DNA from: Thermodesulfobacteriota bacterium
Lineage (GTDB): Bacteria > Desulfobacterota > WTBG01 > CAIYCZ01 > CAIRTM01
Length of the DNA: 64,000 nucleotides
Direction: 5' to 3'
Assembly (NCBI GenBank): GCA_028278025.1
Contig: JANQFE010000096.1
Span: forward strand, 10,711-74,710
A program made the translations under genes and the position numbers. The notes beneath the pieces were generated by a model that was not told where the DNA came from, made no database searches, and saw nothing but the letters and a program-made list of their open reading frames with translations. Below, piece by piece: positions 29,748-39,666 of this stretch. Position 1 is the first letter of the stretch. Every line of letters starts with the position of its first letter.

Positions 29748-29860
29748 GTGAAGGTCTTTGGTTTTGATTGCTGCGGGCTACGTGCTCGCTGGAATGACCG
29801 TCTTTATAGTATAGGCAATTGCTCGCACCGCCCTTGCTGCTCAAAACCAAAGACCTTCAC
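29748..29860. repeat. About 113-nt GC-rich palindromic element (copy 2), in direct orientation with copy 1, so the pair flanks the amidohydrolase gene
   Basis: Arms gtgaaggtctttggttttga / tcaaaaccaaagaccttcac. Shared internal core with copy 1. Confidence 0.5.
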
Positions 29861-29913
29861 TAAAGTATACCAACAGATTTAAGTGTCACGTTGTAGTAGT
29901 ATGTAAAAGAATG

Positions 29914-30555
29914 CTATCGCCAGCCGCGCCAGCCTCCTCCCCCGAAACCACCTCCTCTAAAAGGCCCGGAGCCGCTGCGGATAGGACCGTTTCCAAAGGA
30001 ACGCCCTGAACGATGACCCCATTGCCCTCGTCGGTCGTCACGCCTGTCCTGGCGATTGTCCCTGACATTTTCAATACGCTGCTGGCGTTGTTGCTTGCGT
30101 TCATCATAAAAATCTATAATTGCTTCAGCTTTTTTTTCACGGGCTTCCTTGCGCTTTTTGAGAAAATCAGCTAAATGCTCATCAATACCATCATCTTCAG
30201 TATCTTCAAAATAATCCTCCCAGTCATCATAATACCAGTAATAAGGATCATACCAGTAAGGATAATAGCCGTAGTAATAGGGGTAATGGTATGGATAATA
30301 GGGGTAATACCCCATGTAGAACGGATCATACCAATAAGGATAATAGTGCCGGGGATATTCAGTATAGCGATCCGGGCCGGCAGAATAAGGAACCGGTTGA
30401 GAAGCATTATCTGAATCATCTGATGCATCCAGGTAAGATATACTGTTTTCATTCAACACAGCTTGCGGGGATGATGATATTTCATTTTTTTGAGCAATGG
30501 TGGCACAGCTCAGTACAATAAACACTATAGATGTGATAATAGATATTTTTGTCAT
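29914..30555 (-). CDS. Secreted low-complexity protein with a Tyr/Pro/Trp-rich core (YYPYWYDPFYMGYYPYYPYHYPYYYGYYPYWYDPYYWYY), an acidic segment, a Lys/Glu/Arg/Gln-rich helix and an RG/GGF-rich tail
   Basis: ATG at 30555. Signal peptide MTKISIITSIVFIVLSCATIAQ. Composition read directly. ORFs on the opposite strand here are mirror artifacts. Confidence 0.5.
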   Translation of the reverse strand: MTKISIITSIVFIVLSCATIAQKNEISSSPQAVLNENSISYLDASDDSDNASQPVPYSAGPDRYTEYPRHYYPYWYDPFYMGYYPYYPYHYPYYYGYYPYWYDPYYWYYDDWEDYFEDTEDDGIDEHLADFLKKRKEAREKKAEAIIDFYDERKQQRQQRIENVRDNRQDRRDDRRGQWGHRSGRSFGNGPIRSGSGPFRGGGFGGGGWRGWR

Positions 30556-30689
30556 GCTGCAAAATAATATGGTTTTTCTTTACACATTTAATTATATCAT
30601 AAAAACAGTTTTCAATCATTATTCCATCTGATAGTATATAAACATTATATATGTGGATTAAAAAAAATTTAATGTGCAGGAGTTGCCGA

Positions 30690-31667
30690 GTGAAACATGA
30701 AAAGGAATTACACATAGCGCTTGATGCAGTTAAAAAGGCATCAAATCTTTGCAGCAGTGTTCAAAACAGGCTGGTGGACATTCAGGCAGTTGAAAAACAG
30801 GACAGGTCACCTGTAACTGTTGCCGATCTGGGCAGTCAGGCGGTTATCGTCAGCATGCTTCTTGATGTATTCCCCAAAGATTCAATTGTTGGTGAAGAGG
30901 AGGCCGATATTTTGCGCAGTAATGCTGATCTGCGACGGCAGGTGGTTGAGCTTGTTAATGAACAAATACCGGGTACAACCGAACAGCAGGTGCTGGAGTC
31001 AATCGATTTTGGTGCACGGCAGACCGATTTTACACAAAGATACTGGACCGTAGACCCGATTGATGGAACAAAAGGTTTTTTACGCGGTGAACAGTATGCC
31101 ATAGCTCTGGCACTTGTGGAAAAGGGACAGGTGGTTTTGGGTGTCCTCGGCTGCCCGAATTTTATGATTGAAACAAATGATGACTCTGGCAGCAAAGGCT
31201 GCATATTTTTTGCAGTTAAAGGGCAGGGGGCTTTTGTGCAGCCATTAGGGAGTTCTGAAAAAACAAATGTTTCAGTAGACAGGATTGTAAATGCTGCCGG
31301 GGCTGTTTTTTGTGAATCTGTTGAGAAAGCCCATGCCTCCCATGAAGATCATGCCCGGATTTCAGCCCATCTGGGCATTACCGCCGTGCCATACCGCATC
31401 GACAGCCAGGCAAAATATGCTGCGGTAGCATGCGGGAAGGCTTCAATATATCTGCGGCTGCCCCGCAGCAAGGAGTACCGGGAAAAAATCTGGGATCATG
31501 CTGCCGGATGTATCATTATAAGTGAAGCCGGTGGTAAGGTAACTGATTTCAGTGGTAAAACTCTGGATTTTTCGGCAGGTAAGAAACTTATAAAAAACGA
31601 AGGTATTCTAGCAACTAATGGTCATTTACATCAGAAAGCACTTGATGCAATTGCACATGTTCTATAG
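30690..31667 (+). CDS. cysQ: 3'(2'),5'-bisphosphate nucleotidase / inositol-monophosphatase family (CysQ/HAL2-like)
   Basis: 'WTVDPIDGTKGFLRGEQYAIALAL' (IMPase DPIDGT motif). The ORF track starts at 30651. An AGGAG SD 7 nt before GTG 30690 is the preferred start. Confidence 0.75.
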   Translation: MKHEKELHIALDAVKKASNLCSSVQNRLVDIQAVEKQDRSPVTVADLGSQAVIVSMLLDVFPKDSIVGEEEADILRSNADLRRQVVELVNEQIPGTTEQQVLESIDFGARQTDFTQRYWTVDPIDGTKGFLRGEQYAIALALVEKGQVVLGVLGCPNFMIETNDDSGSKGCIFFAVKGQGAFVQPLGSSEKTNVSVDRIVNAAGAVFCESVEKAHASHEDHARISAHLGITAVPYRIDSQAKYAAVACGKASIYLRLPRSKEYREKIWDHAAGCIIISEAGGKVTDFSGKTLDFSAGKKLIKNEGILATNGHLHQKALDAIAHVL

Positions 31668-31766
31668 AAAGCTTTAAAAGCGCCACAAATGCAAACTAAA
31701 AAAGACTCCTCACTATTACAGATGAGGAGTCTTTTTGTAAACTGGTAAGGAATATACGTTACGTTA

Positions 31767-33245
31767 TTATCTTGAATCTGCTGTCAGCTTTTCTATTACA
31801 GGCAGTACTGTTTCCAGTATGGTCTTTGCAATAGAGGTAACTGCCGGGTATGTATCCATTAAATCGACAATTGCAGCTGACTGGGCATAATAGAGTTTTA
31901 TAAGAGCTTTGCCGGTCTTGTTTTGTGCAAGGACTCTGTCTCGGAATTGCCGCAGCGTTTCAAGACAGGGATCCGCCTCACCAAGCAGCTCGATGGCCGG
32001 ACATGGGAGAAGAGGCGCTACCGTTACCTGCTGCGATGCAGTGTTCGTGAGCGCTTCAGGGTCCTTAACTTGCAGTATAATGGTATATGTACCGGGCTCT
32101 GCATAGGTAGTGGTTGCCGTTTTAGTTGGGCTGTATTGAGTATCCCAGGTACCGTCATTTTCCCAGTCCCAGCGCACTTCAAGAGAATCCGAGCTATCCT
32201 CTGCATCAGTGGAGGCCGAGGCATCAACGCTGAATTCAGTACGGGTGTTACCTGATATAGGATCAACAGAAAATAAAGCGGTTGGGGCAGTATTGGTAGG
32301 CACGGAAGTTGTTGTAGTTGTTGTTTCCGAGACCGGGGAGAAGTAACGCAGTATGATACCATCATTGCCAACGGCATAGGCTTCATTTGAAGGGCTTACC
32401 CAAAGGCCCTGGAGAAGTTTTGAAACACCGCTTTCCATCTTCATCCAGGTGTTTGACCGATAGTTATAAATAATACCGTCTTCACCCGCAGTAAAGATAT
32501 TAGGAGCGGTGGTGCCTTCAATATCCCAAAAATCTTTTTTGGTACCGGCACTCTGCTTAGTCCATGTTTCACCGTTATAGATAAGTAGTGTGCCGTTTTT
32601 GCCGACAGCAAAAACATTTGTTGCAGACGTACCCCAAATGCTGTAAAGATCATCCTCGACAAAACTTTCCTGTACGGTCCAATCACTGCCGTCAAAGTGC
32701 AGAATAACGCCCTTTTCACCAACGGTAAAGATATCATCGGCAGCGCTGCCCCAAATGTCCAAAAGAGTGTCGCTTACAGGACTCAGCATGCTTGAGCAGG
32801 AGGATTCATTACACTGCTTGATTATACCCTTTTCCCCGACAAAAAACATTTCAGAGAAAGAAGTGCCCCATATCCCGTAAAGGTTAACTGAAGTGTCACT
32901 GGGCACCGGCTGCCAGGCAGATTCATTTTTTTTCAAGATGGTGCCGTCATTGCCAGCAATAAATATGCTGTCATTAGCAGGACCCCAAATTCGATTGAGC
33001 GTATTGGCAGTACCACTGTCTAATTCTTTCCAGGTTGTGCCGTTGTCAAAAAGAAGCGTACCGGCAAAGCCTACCGCATAGATGCTGGTATCTGAGGTCC
33101 CCCATACATCTTTCAGTACCTCCTTTGTCGGACTTTTCATACCTGTCCACTCCTGGGCGTAAAGGCCACCGGCAGTAAAGAGTAAAATAAATGTGATCAT
33201 TAAAAAAAAAAGTGATTTTTTCATACGGTACCTCCAATTTTGCAT
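31767..33245 (-). CDS. Secreted 7-bladed beta-propeller protein with PKD domain and the conserved C-terminal domain (CTD-C)
   Basis: Signal peptide. Seven repeats of 'IWG(T/S)S...(F/Y)AVG..G.IL....(S/E)W'. PKD 'FSVDASASTDAEDSSDSLEVRWDWENDGTWD'. C-terminus 'CPAIELLGEADPCLETLRQFRDRVLAQNKTGKALIKLYY'. Confidence 0.75.
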   Translation of the reverse strand: MQNWRYRMKKSLFFLMITFILLFTAGGLYAQEWTGMKSPTKEVLKDVWGTSDTSIYAVGFAGTLLFDNGTTWKELDSGTANTLNRIWGPANDSIFIAGNDGTILKKNESAWQPVPSDTSVNLYGIWGTSFSEMFFVGEKGIIKQCNESSCSSMLSPVSDTLLDIWGSAADDIFTVGEKGVILHFDGSDWTVQESFVEDDLYSIWGTSATNVFAVGKNGTLLIYNGETWTKQSAGTKKDFWDIEGTTAPNIFTAGEDGIIYNYRSNTWMKMESGVSKLLQGLWVSPSNEAYAVGNDGIILRYFSPVSETTTTTTSVPTNTAPTALFSVDPISGNTRTEFSVDASASTDAEDSSDSLEVRWDWENDGTWDTQYSPTKTATTTYAEPGTYTIILQVKDPEALTNTASQQVTVAPLLPCPAIELLGEADPCLETLRQFRDRVLAQNKTGKALIKLYYAQSAAIVDLMDTYPAVTSIAKTILETVLPVIEKLTADSR

Positions 33246-33424
33246 AAATTATAATCATCTACTTTTGGTTTATGTTGTTCAAAAACCTGGATAAGATAAT
33301 TAAGGTTATCATTTCAATATCGGTTTTTTTACAGATATCCCAAGCAAATATTGAACATGCCTATAACAAAAACCAGTCTTTTGTAAGGAGATTTATAAAA
33401 GATATTTAACCGGCAGCAGCACTA

Positions 33425-34561
33425 TTACTGATTTTTGCTCTGCAGAAGCCAGCTGAAAATTGTTACAAGGAAAAACAGGGATGCTGAGACAGTCATGGGA
33501 TAGAAAAGGTATTGAATAGAGGAAACCTCAAGGACCCATCCGGTTATTAAGGGGCCTATGACAGAGCCTAACCCATAAAAAAAGGTGAAAGAAGCATTAG
33601 CAACACCGATCTTATGGGCAGGTACAAGCTCCCCAATCAGAGACAATGCAACCGGATACAAAGCACCTGCAATCAGGCCAATACAACAGGTGAGTAGACA
33701 TATTATCCAGTAATTTTGGAAAAAATTAAAAGACAGGGTAGACAGAACAAGCACTGCTCCACAGCACGACAGTACAGGGCGTTTGCCCCATCGGTCAGCA
33801 ACCAGTCCGGCAGGGTAAGGTGAAACTGCACCGCCTATTGCAAAGAAGGTAAAAACAATACCAAGATATTTTCCGGAGATAGACATGTTGTCCAGGTACA
33901 GAGACAGAAATGAGGCGATAGAAACCTCTACAAAAGCATAGCACAGGGCTGCTGTCAGCGGGATCAACAGTATACCCAGTAAATTTAAAAAACCGAATTC
34001 GGTCTTTTTAACCGGAACTTTTGTCTCTGCAAATCCGATGAATAACACCACACTAGCAATAAAACAGCAAACAGCGCCCAAGATAAAGGGCCCGGCCGTG
34101 TTGACGGCATAAAGACTTGTACCAACTACCGGTCCAAAGGCAAAACCGACAGCAAATACGAGACCATACAGACCCAGATTAGCACCTCTTTTTTCGGGCG
34201 GTGAGATAATGTTGATCGCAGCTTCGGTCGGAGCAAAGATAAATGCTGAACCGATACCCTGAATAATACGAATCAGGTAAAAAAGCTTCGGCCCGGGCAT
34301 GTAGGGCATCAAAAAAATTGCCAAACTAAAGATTGTTAATCCCGCAAGAATAATCTTTTTCGACCCAATGCGATCAATCCAGCGGCCCAACAAAAGTGTT
34401 GTAATGGTGAAAGAAAGAAAATAGGTAGTCTGTATTTGTCCGATTGATGCCGTTGAAGCACCTATGCTTTTAAGGAGCAGGGGCACCAGGGGTGAAACAA
34501 AACTCATTCCAAAAGCAAGAAAAAAAACAGTCAAAAGGATTGAAAAAAGGGCTGCATTCAT
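33425..34561 (-). CDS. MFS transporter
   Basis: 12 hydrophobic segments. 'LLLGRWIDRIGSKKI' MFS motif-A-like loop. Confidence 0.8.
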   Translation of the reverse strand: MNAALFSILLTVFFLAFGMSFVSPLVPLLLKSIGASTASIGQIQTTYFLSFTITTLLLGRWIDRIGSKKIILAGLTIFSLAIFLMPYMPGPKLFYLIRIIQGIGSAFIFAPTEAAINIISPPEKRGANLGLYGLVFAVGFAFGPVVGTSLYAVNTAGPFILGAVCCFIASVVLFIGFAETKVPVKKTEFGFLNLLGILLIPLTAALCYAFVEVSIASFLSLYLDNMSISGKYLGIVFTFFAIGGAVSPYPAGLVADRWGKRPVLSCCGAVLVLSTLSFNFFQNYWIICLLTCCIGLIAGALYPVALSLIGELVPAHKIGVANASFTFFYGLGSVIGPLITGWVLEVSSIQYLFYPMTVSASLFFLVTIFSWLLQSKNQ

Positions 34562-34803
34562 GAATGTATTGCAAAAAGTTTACTATAGTAATAAATCTCT
34601 CAGGCGTATGACGGAATTTTTCAGTTCTCTAAGAGTCATATAATTTGGATTGCCGGCGTAAAGGAGTATTGAGAATTGTTTTTATGAAATACTCCGGTGT
34701 GAATAGTAAATCCAGATTATATAAGTATTAACTGGGAACTTATCAGGTAACAGCGTATTTTACGAAAAATTTGCTTTTTTTATGAAAATACATTGAGTAT
34801 AGT

Positions 34804-36798
34804 GTGGTACACAAAAATCAGTTTGATATTTTCTATCATAACAGTACCTACTATGACAACCGTGTTATGAAAAAAAAGCACAATTTTTTATTAAACAAAA
34901 CAGAAGAAAAAGAACCCCAAAGTTCTATGCGAATTGCGGCAATCAGCAGCATTCTGATAATTTTAATTATATATCTTATTAGTATGTGTCCGACGATCTA
35001 TTCGGGAGATGCACCGGAGCTTGCTACGGCAGGCGCCACTTTCGGCATTCCTCATCCTCCCGGTTATCCGCTGTATGTGCTGTGTGCAAATATTTTTTCA
35101 GGGCTTATGCCGTTTGGGAACCCGGCTTGGGAAATTAATCTTATGTCAGTGATTGCAGCGACCGGCGCTGTGGCCGGTGTGTTCGGCATAGCTCTGCTTT
35201 TGTATGAATCATGGGTACCGGCTGTTTTTGCAGCCCTTGGACTTGGTGTCGGTGCAACAATGTGGTCACAGGCACTGATTTCCGAGGTTTATGCATTTGA
35301 CCTGCTGCTGGCTGCGGCTACACTCTATAGTGCACTCAAGGCACGGCAGAAGCAGACCTTAACCAGTTGTGCCCTTACCGTTTTTCTGGCGGCAAGCTGG
35401 ACCGGTCATAGAACGGTCAATATACTGTATATTTTATCGGTTCTAATACTGCTTGGGCCTGTACTGCAAAAAACAGTATGTAGCGTTAAAGGCTGTCTTA
35501 TCATCGCTTTGGCATGTATAGCACCGTTTCTTGTTTTTTTGTATCTTCCGCTGGCCTCATCCTACAATCCGATGCTCGATACCGGTGATCCGGAAACTTG
35601 GCAACGTTTTTGGGATATGGTTACTGCTTCAGTTTATAAACAGTATCTTTTTGGTGGTGGTATAAATACATTTTTTATTCAGCTCATATACATTTTTTCA
35701 TCTTTGCCCAAAGAACTGGGCGCGGCCATAATACTTGCACCGGTTGGTGCTGTTTTTTTATGGCTGCAGAAAAAAACCGAAGCAGTAGCTTTGCTTTATC
35801 TGGCAGGTGCAAACTTGTTTTTTGCAGCAAATTATCAGGTGCTTGATGTAATGGTGTTTACCCTGCCGTCGCTGCTGGCACTGCATGTACTGTCAGGGGC
35901 CGCGATTAGGGGCATGTTTGGAAAGCTGCCTAAAATGTATACGATAACTATAATTATAGGGCTCGTTATTGCAACAGCCGTATATACAAGTGCAGAGAAC
36001 AACTTGCGTGAGCAAACCCTTTGCCGTGATTTTGCCCGCGATGCATTAAACTGTGCTGAAGACAATGCCCTTATCTTAAGTAATGTTGACAGTGTTACCT
36101 TTGCACTTTGGTATATGCAGTATGCAGAATCATACAGAGAAGATATCCTGGTTGTTTCAAAGGGCCGATCAGTTGACTGGTATCAAGAGCAGACAAAGAA
36201 GCAGAGACCGGATTTAATCATACAGAAATATCAGGGAGCTGATGCTGCAAGCAGATGGCCGGCCATGCTGGCCGAAAACAATGCCGGTACTGTACTGGTC
36301 TACCTTACAGCAAATATGAAGGGCTATTTTTTGCCTATTGACATGATGAGATTAAACAATGTAGTGACCGAGGTGCCTTCAGGGATATTGATGCAGATTG
36401 TGCCGCGTGATGCTGTGCCTTCACCAGAAAAGGTTATTGTGCGTAATGAAACCTTATGGGATCAGTTGTGGCCTCACGCAGTCAAGGCACGCACGCAGAA
36501 CCTGGCAACCGATATGACGGCCCTGCTTTTGCATTATGCAAGTATGCGAGTACTGTTTGCACGGTATTGTTTGTGGCATGGACATGCCGGGGCTGCAAAA
36601 AATGCTTCGCAGGATGTTATTGAACTTGATACTGATGAGTTGATTACAAAGGTCAATAAAACCTTTCAACGCAAAGGCTTCAGGTACCATATGTCCGATA
36701 TGTCTCAGCAGGCTGTTATGCTCAATCGCCTTGCATTGTTGTTGCAGCAAGAAAAACTTGACCTCATACAGATAAGAAGAAAGCTGGCAGGAGCGTAA
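34804..36798 (+). CDS. Polytopic membrane protein, DUF2723/TMEM260-like putative GT-C glycosyltransferase; the true start is probably downstream (M at about 34867 or 34927)
   Basis: N-terminal TM-rich region 'CPTIYSGDAPELATAGATFGIPHPPGYPLY' followed by a large soluble C-terminal domain. Confidence 0.5.
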   Translation: MVHKNQFDIFYHNSTYYDNRVMKKKHNFLLNKTEEKEPQSSMRIAAISSILIILIIYLISMCPTIYSGDAPELATAGATFGIPHPPGYPLYVLCANIFSGLMPFGNPAWEINLMSVIAATGAVAGVFGIALLLYESWVPAVFAALGLGVGATMWSQALISEVYAFDLLLAAATLYSALKARQKQTLTSCALTVFLAASWTGHRTVNILYILSVLILLGPVLQKTVCSVKGCLIIALACIAPFLVFLYLPLASSYNPMLDTGDPETWQRFWDMVTASVYKQYLFGGGINTFFIQLIYIFSSLPKELGAAIILAPVGAVFLWLQKKTEAVALLYLAGANLFFAANYQVLDVMVFTLPSLLALHVLSGAAIRGMFGKLPKMYTITIIIGLVIATAVYTSAENNLREQTLCRDFARDALNCAEDNALILSNVDSVTFALWYMQYAESYREDILVVSKGRSVDWYQEQTKKQRPDLIIQKYQGADAASRWPAMLAENNAGTVLVYLTANMKGYFLPIDMMRLNNVVTEVPSGILMQIVPRDAVPSPEKVIVRNETLWDQLWPHAVKARTQNLATDMTALLLHYASMRVLFARYCLWHGHAGAAKNASQDVIELDTDELITKVNKTFQRKGFRYHMSDMSQQAVMLNRLALLLQQEKLDLIQIRRKLAGA

Positions 36799-36828
36799 TG
36801 TGTTTTACATACATAACCGTCCAGGAAA

Positions 36829-37491
36829 ATGAAGATATTAGCAATCAACGGTAGTCCGCGCCGCAAAGGAAATACAACAATCCTGCTGCACGAGCTCTTA
36901 CAGGAAGCTCAAAAGGCAGGTGCCCTGACCGAAGAAATTTATGCAGAAGAACTTAACTTAAAATACTGCCGCGGCTGCCTGCGATGTAACCTGATCAAAC
37001 GCTGTGCAATACGGGGAGATGACTGGAACAGAGTAAGCGAAAATATTAGGCAGGCTGATGCCTTAATTTTTGCGACACCAGTGTACTTCCGTCATGTGAC
37101 GGCGTCTTTAAAAAAAGTATTGGACCGGTTTCGATCTTTTGTACATGTGCAGATAACATCAGATGGTTTGCAGCATACCCCCTGGCAACAATGGGAAAAA
37201 AAATTTATACTGATTACATGTATGGGTTCTCCCGATCCCGGCGAAGCAAAGCCTGTTGTTGATCTGTTCAGTTTTATTGCATCTATACTCGGCCCTGATA
37301 ATTCAATAGAATCGGTTATCGGCACTCGTTTAGCTGTTCCTGAACAGGTAACCATGACTAAAGCACGGCTCAGTAAACTCTACCATAAACTGAACATCTC
37401 TGGTGAGCTGGTTGAAACGGATTATGCACGGAACCGGATGATACTTACTACGTGTCGTGCAATCGGCAGGAATTTGGTACTTGGGAAATAG
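36829..37491 (+). CDS. Iron-sulfur flavoprotein (Isf) / NADPH-dependent FMN reductase-like
   Basis: 'MKILAINGSPRRKGNT' flavodoxin-like N-terminus. Compact Cys motif 'CRGCLRCNLIKRC' (C-x2-C-x2-C-x5-C). Confidence 0.75.
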   Translation: MKILAINGSPRRKGNTTILLHELLQEAQKAGALTEEIYAEELNLKYCRGCLRCNLIKRCAIRGDDWNRVSENIRQADALIFATPVYFRHVTASLKKVLDRFRSFVHVQITSDGLQHTPWQQWEKKFILITCMGSPDPGEAKPVVDLFSFIASILGPDNSIESVIGTRLAVPEQVTMTKARLSKLYHKLNISGELVETDYARNRMILTTCRAIGRNLVLGK

Positions 37492-37717
37492 TTGATAAGA
37501 TAAATTTCTAAACCTATCGCCACTGGAGGTGGCTCCTGAAATCCCTGCACTCGGCTGCGTTGCAATGGGATCAGAAGCCCCCTTCAGGTGGGGATCATTA
37601 CTTAAATCTATACAGTAATTTAAATTCTATGATTTAGAATTGCTGCACTTGGTAACGGGCAACCCCGAAGCGTAGTTTATCCCGAATCCATGCGGGAAAA
37701 AGTAACCAGCAAAGAAT

Positions 37718-39451
37718 TCACATTTTCTTAAGCAATACATCCATTTTCTTTTTGTATTTTCTCCTGTAAAGGGCCTGTCCCATTTTTTCCTGCTTATTGA
37801 GAATTTCTTTTAAAATTAAGCGGTTGGTTAACGGATTGACAGTAACAGAACGAAGCACAACAATCAGCTGTGGATAATAGGAGGTTGCTTTAAGCGCAGT
37901 CCTGGACACAAAGGTCGTGTCTTCGGCACGTATTGCACGATGCAGATCAACATTCAGGTGATTGAGCAGGTCGTTGACAGCATGCATCTTTTTCTTAACA
38001 CCTGTTTTTTTATTTTTGCATTTGGTTTGCTGTAAGAGCTTTTTTAAACTCTCCTGGACATATCCGGGAACGAAACGGTAGACATGAATAAAAAGCTGGG
38101 GATTATTCATGGGTTCAAAATTCTCAGAAGCGGTCACAAGCTGGTTCATGTCTGCCGTTAGGGTAAAGGCATGATCAAACAGTATCTGAAACCCATCAGT
38201 TCCCAGTATTTTTAAAGATGCCCAGGGTTTGAGCACATCAAATTGACGTGAACCTTCAAGCGTAAAGCGGCCTTGATCAACAGAACTTCTTCTGACAACA
38301 TATTCGGCAGTATATTTTACGAGAGAAAGATCTTTTTCATTGCGAAACAGGACCATGCCCATACTCATGGGAGTGTAGAAGAGTTTGTGTGCATCAATGG
38401 AAACAGAGTCGGCTAGTTCAATACCCTCCAGCAGGTGTTTGTAACGTCTGGCAAGCAGGGTCGCACCACCCCAGGCAGCATCAACATGGAAGTGGGTGTT
38501 GCATTCATTGGCAACCTCCCGTAATTCCTGAAGATCGTCAATATTGCCTGTCTCTGTTGTTCCTGCGATACCCACCAGAGCCATAATCCTACATTTGGCT
38601 CGACGAAGCTCTTTAACTTTACTGCGCAACTTCTTGATGTTAATCTGATTGTTAGTGTTTACCGGAATTCTGATCAGGTTTTTACTGCCAAGACCCAGGA
38701 CGTCAACGGCCTTGTCAAGAGAATAGTGCCCTAGACTAGATACTAAAACAGCAGCAGAAGAATAGCCGGATTTTTTTAAAGCTGTCTGGAAACCTTCTTT
38801 GCGGATTCCCTTGAAGCCTTTTCTGGGGGGGAAGGCCTTTTCCCTGGCTATCCACAGTGCAGTTAGATTTGCAATAGTACCATCAACGGTAACGTTTCCA
38901 AGAGAAAGCTCATGATTTTGTATATTGCGGCGGTAAAATTTTTCCGAACGATTAAAAACCAGTCTATGTATCCAGGCCAGAAACTCACGCTCTACAAAGC
39001 TTGAAGCCTTGGCAGTCTCGATTTTAATCTGATTCTGGTTTAGAGCAGCAATGATCATTTCAATAAGGATCATAAAGTAGGGAATGGCGCTTGTCATGTG
39101 GCCGATATAATGAGGGTTGCCGACCTTGACCGAATGGGCAATAACATTCTGTTTGATTTCAATCAGGACATCTCTAATAAGCTTTGGATCGCTGGGTGGA
39201 GTTGTGTTAGAGAAAATCTTGGAAAGGTCGGGAAGGCTGATCGAGGAATGTATGCCGCCTTTTTCTTGGAAAAAATCATGAATCATGTTGAGCAGGGCAT
39301 CGCCGAAGGCCACAAATTTATCTGACGTATCCGGCATAATGAACAGTTTGGAAAGGTAATCTATCGAAGCAATGATCTTCTTGTCCTTTTTTCGTGATGG
39401 CGCCAACACATGATCACTGATATCGATTTTGAGTTCTTTGCGAGGGTTCAT
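37718..39451 (-). CDS. PLP-dependent group II amino-acid decarboxylase (glutamate/tyrosine/DABA decarboxylase family)
   Basis: 'SVSIDAHKLFYTPMSMGMVLF' (PLP-Lys in the HK motif). Length 577 aa. Confidence 0.8.
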   Translation of the reverse strand: MNPRKELKIDISDHVLAPSRKKDKKIIASIDYLSKLFIMPDTSDKFVAFGDALLNMIHDFFQEKGGIHSSISLPDLSKIFSNTTPPSDPKLIRDVLIEIKQNVIAHSVKVGNPHYIGHMTSAIPYFMILIEMIIAALNQNQIKIETAKASSFVEREFLAWIHRLVFNRSEKFYRRNIQNHELSLGNVTVDGTIANLTALWIAREKAFPPRKGFKGIRKEGFQTALKKSGYSSAAVLVSSLGHYSLDKAVDVLGLGSKNLIRIPVNTNNQINIKKLRSKVKELRRAKCRIMALVGIAGTTETGNIDDLQELREVANECNTHFHVDAAWGGATLLARRYKHLLEGIELADSVSIDAHKLFYTPMSMGMVLFRNEKDLSLVKYTAEYVVRRSSVDQGRFTLEGSRQFDVLKPWASLKILGTDGFQILFDHAFTLTADMNQLVTASENFEPMNNPQLFIHVYRFVPGYVQESLKKLLQQTKCKNKKTGVKKKMHAVNDLLNHLNVDLHRAIRAEDTTFVSRTALKATSYYPQLIVVLRSVTVNPLTNRLILKEILNKQEKMGQALYRRKYKKKMDVLLKKM

Positions 39452-39666
39452 ATTGTTAACCTTACTATGAGTATTGATTTTGACCGGAGTATAGGATAAA
39501 GGAGAGCAAAAGTCAATAGGTGTGGTATTACAATATGTTAAGTGGTTTTATTAACACTGTCTATATGTTTTTAATAGTATTGTTTTCTACCGCATGCATA
39601 TCATGCGAAGAGAACTGAGAAACATCAAAAGAGAGAAAGTTGTTAACTAAAACTATTGTAGCATTT

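Noticed and set aside
30171-30452. ORFs antisense or out of frame to the Tyr/Pro-rich gene (30175..30414 +, 30171..30452 -)
   Set aside because: These are mirror-frame artifacts of the periodic YP-rich coding repeat. The frame with the signal peptide was kept instead.
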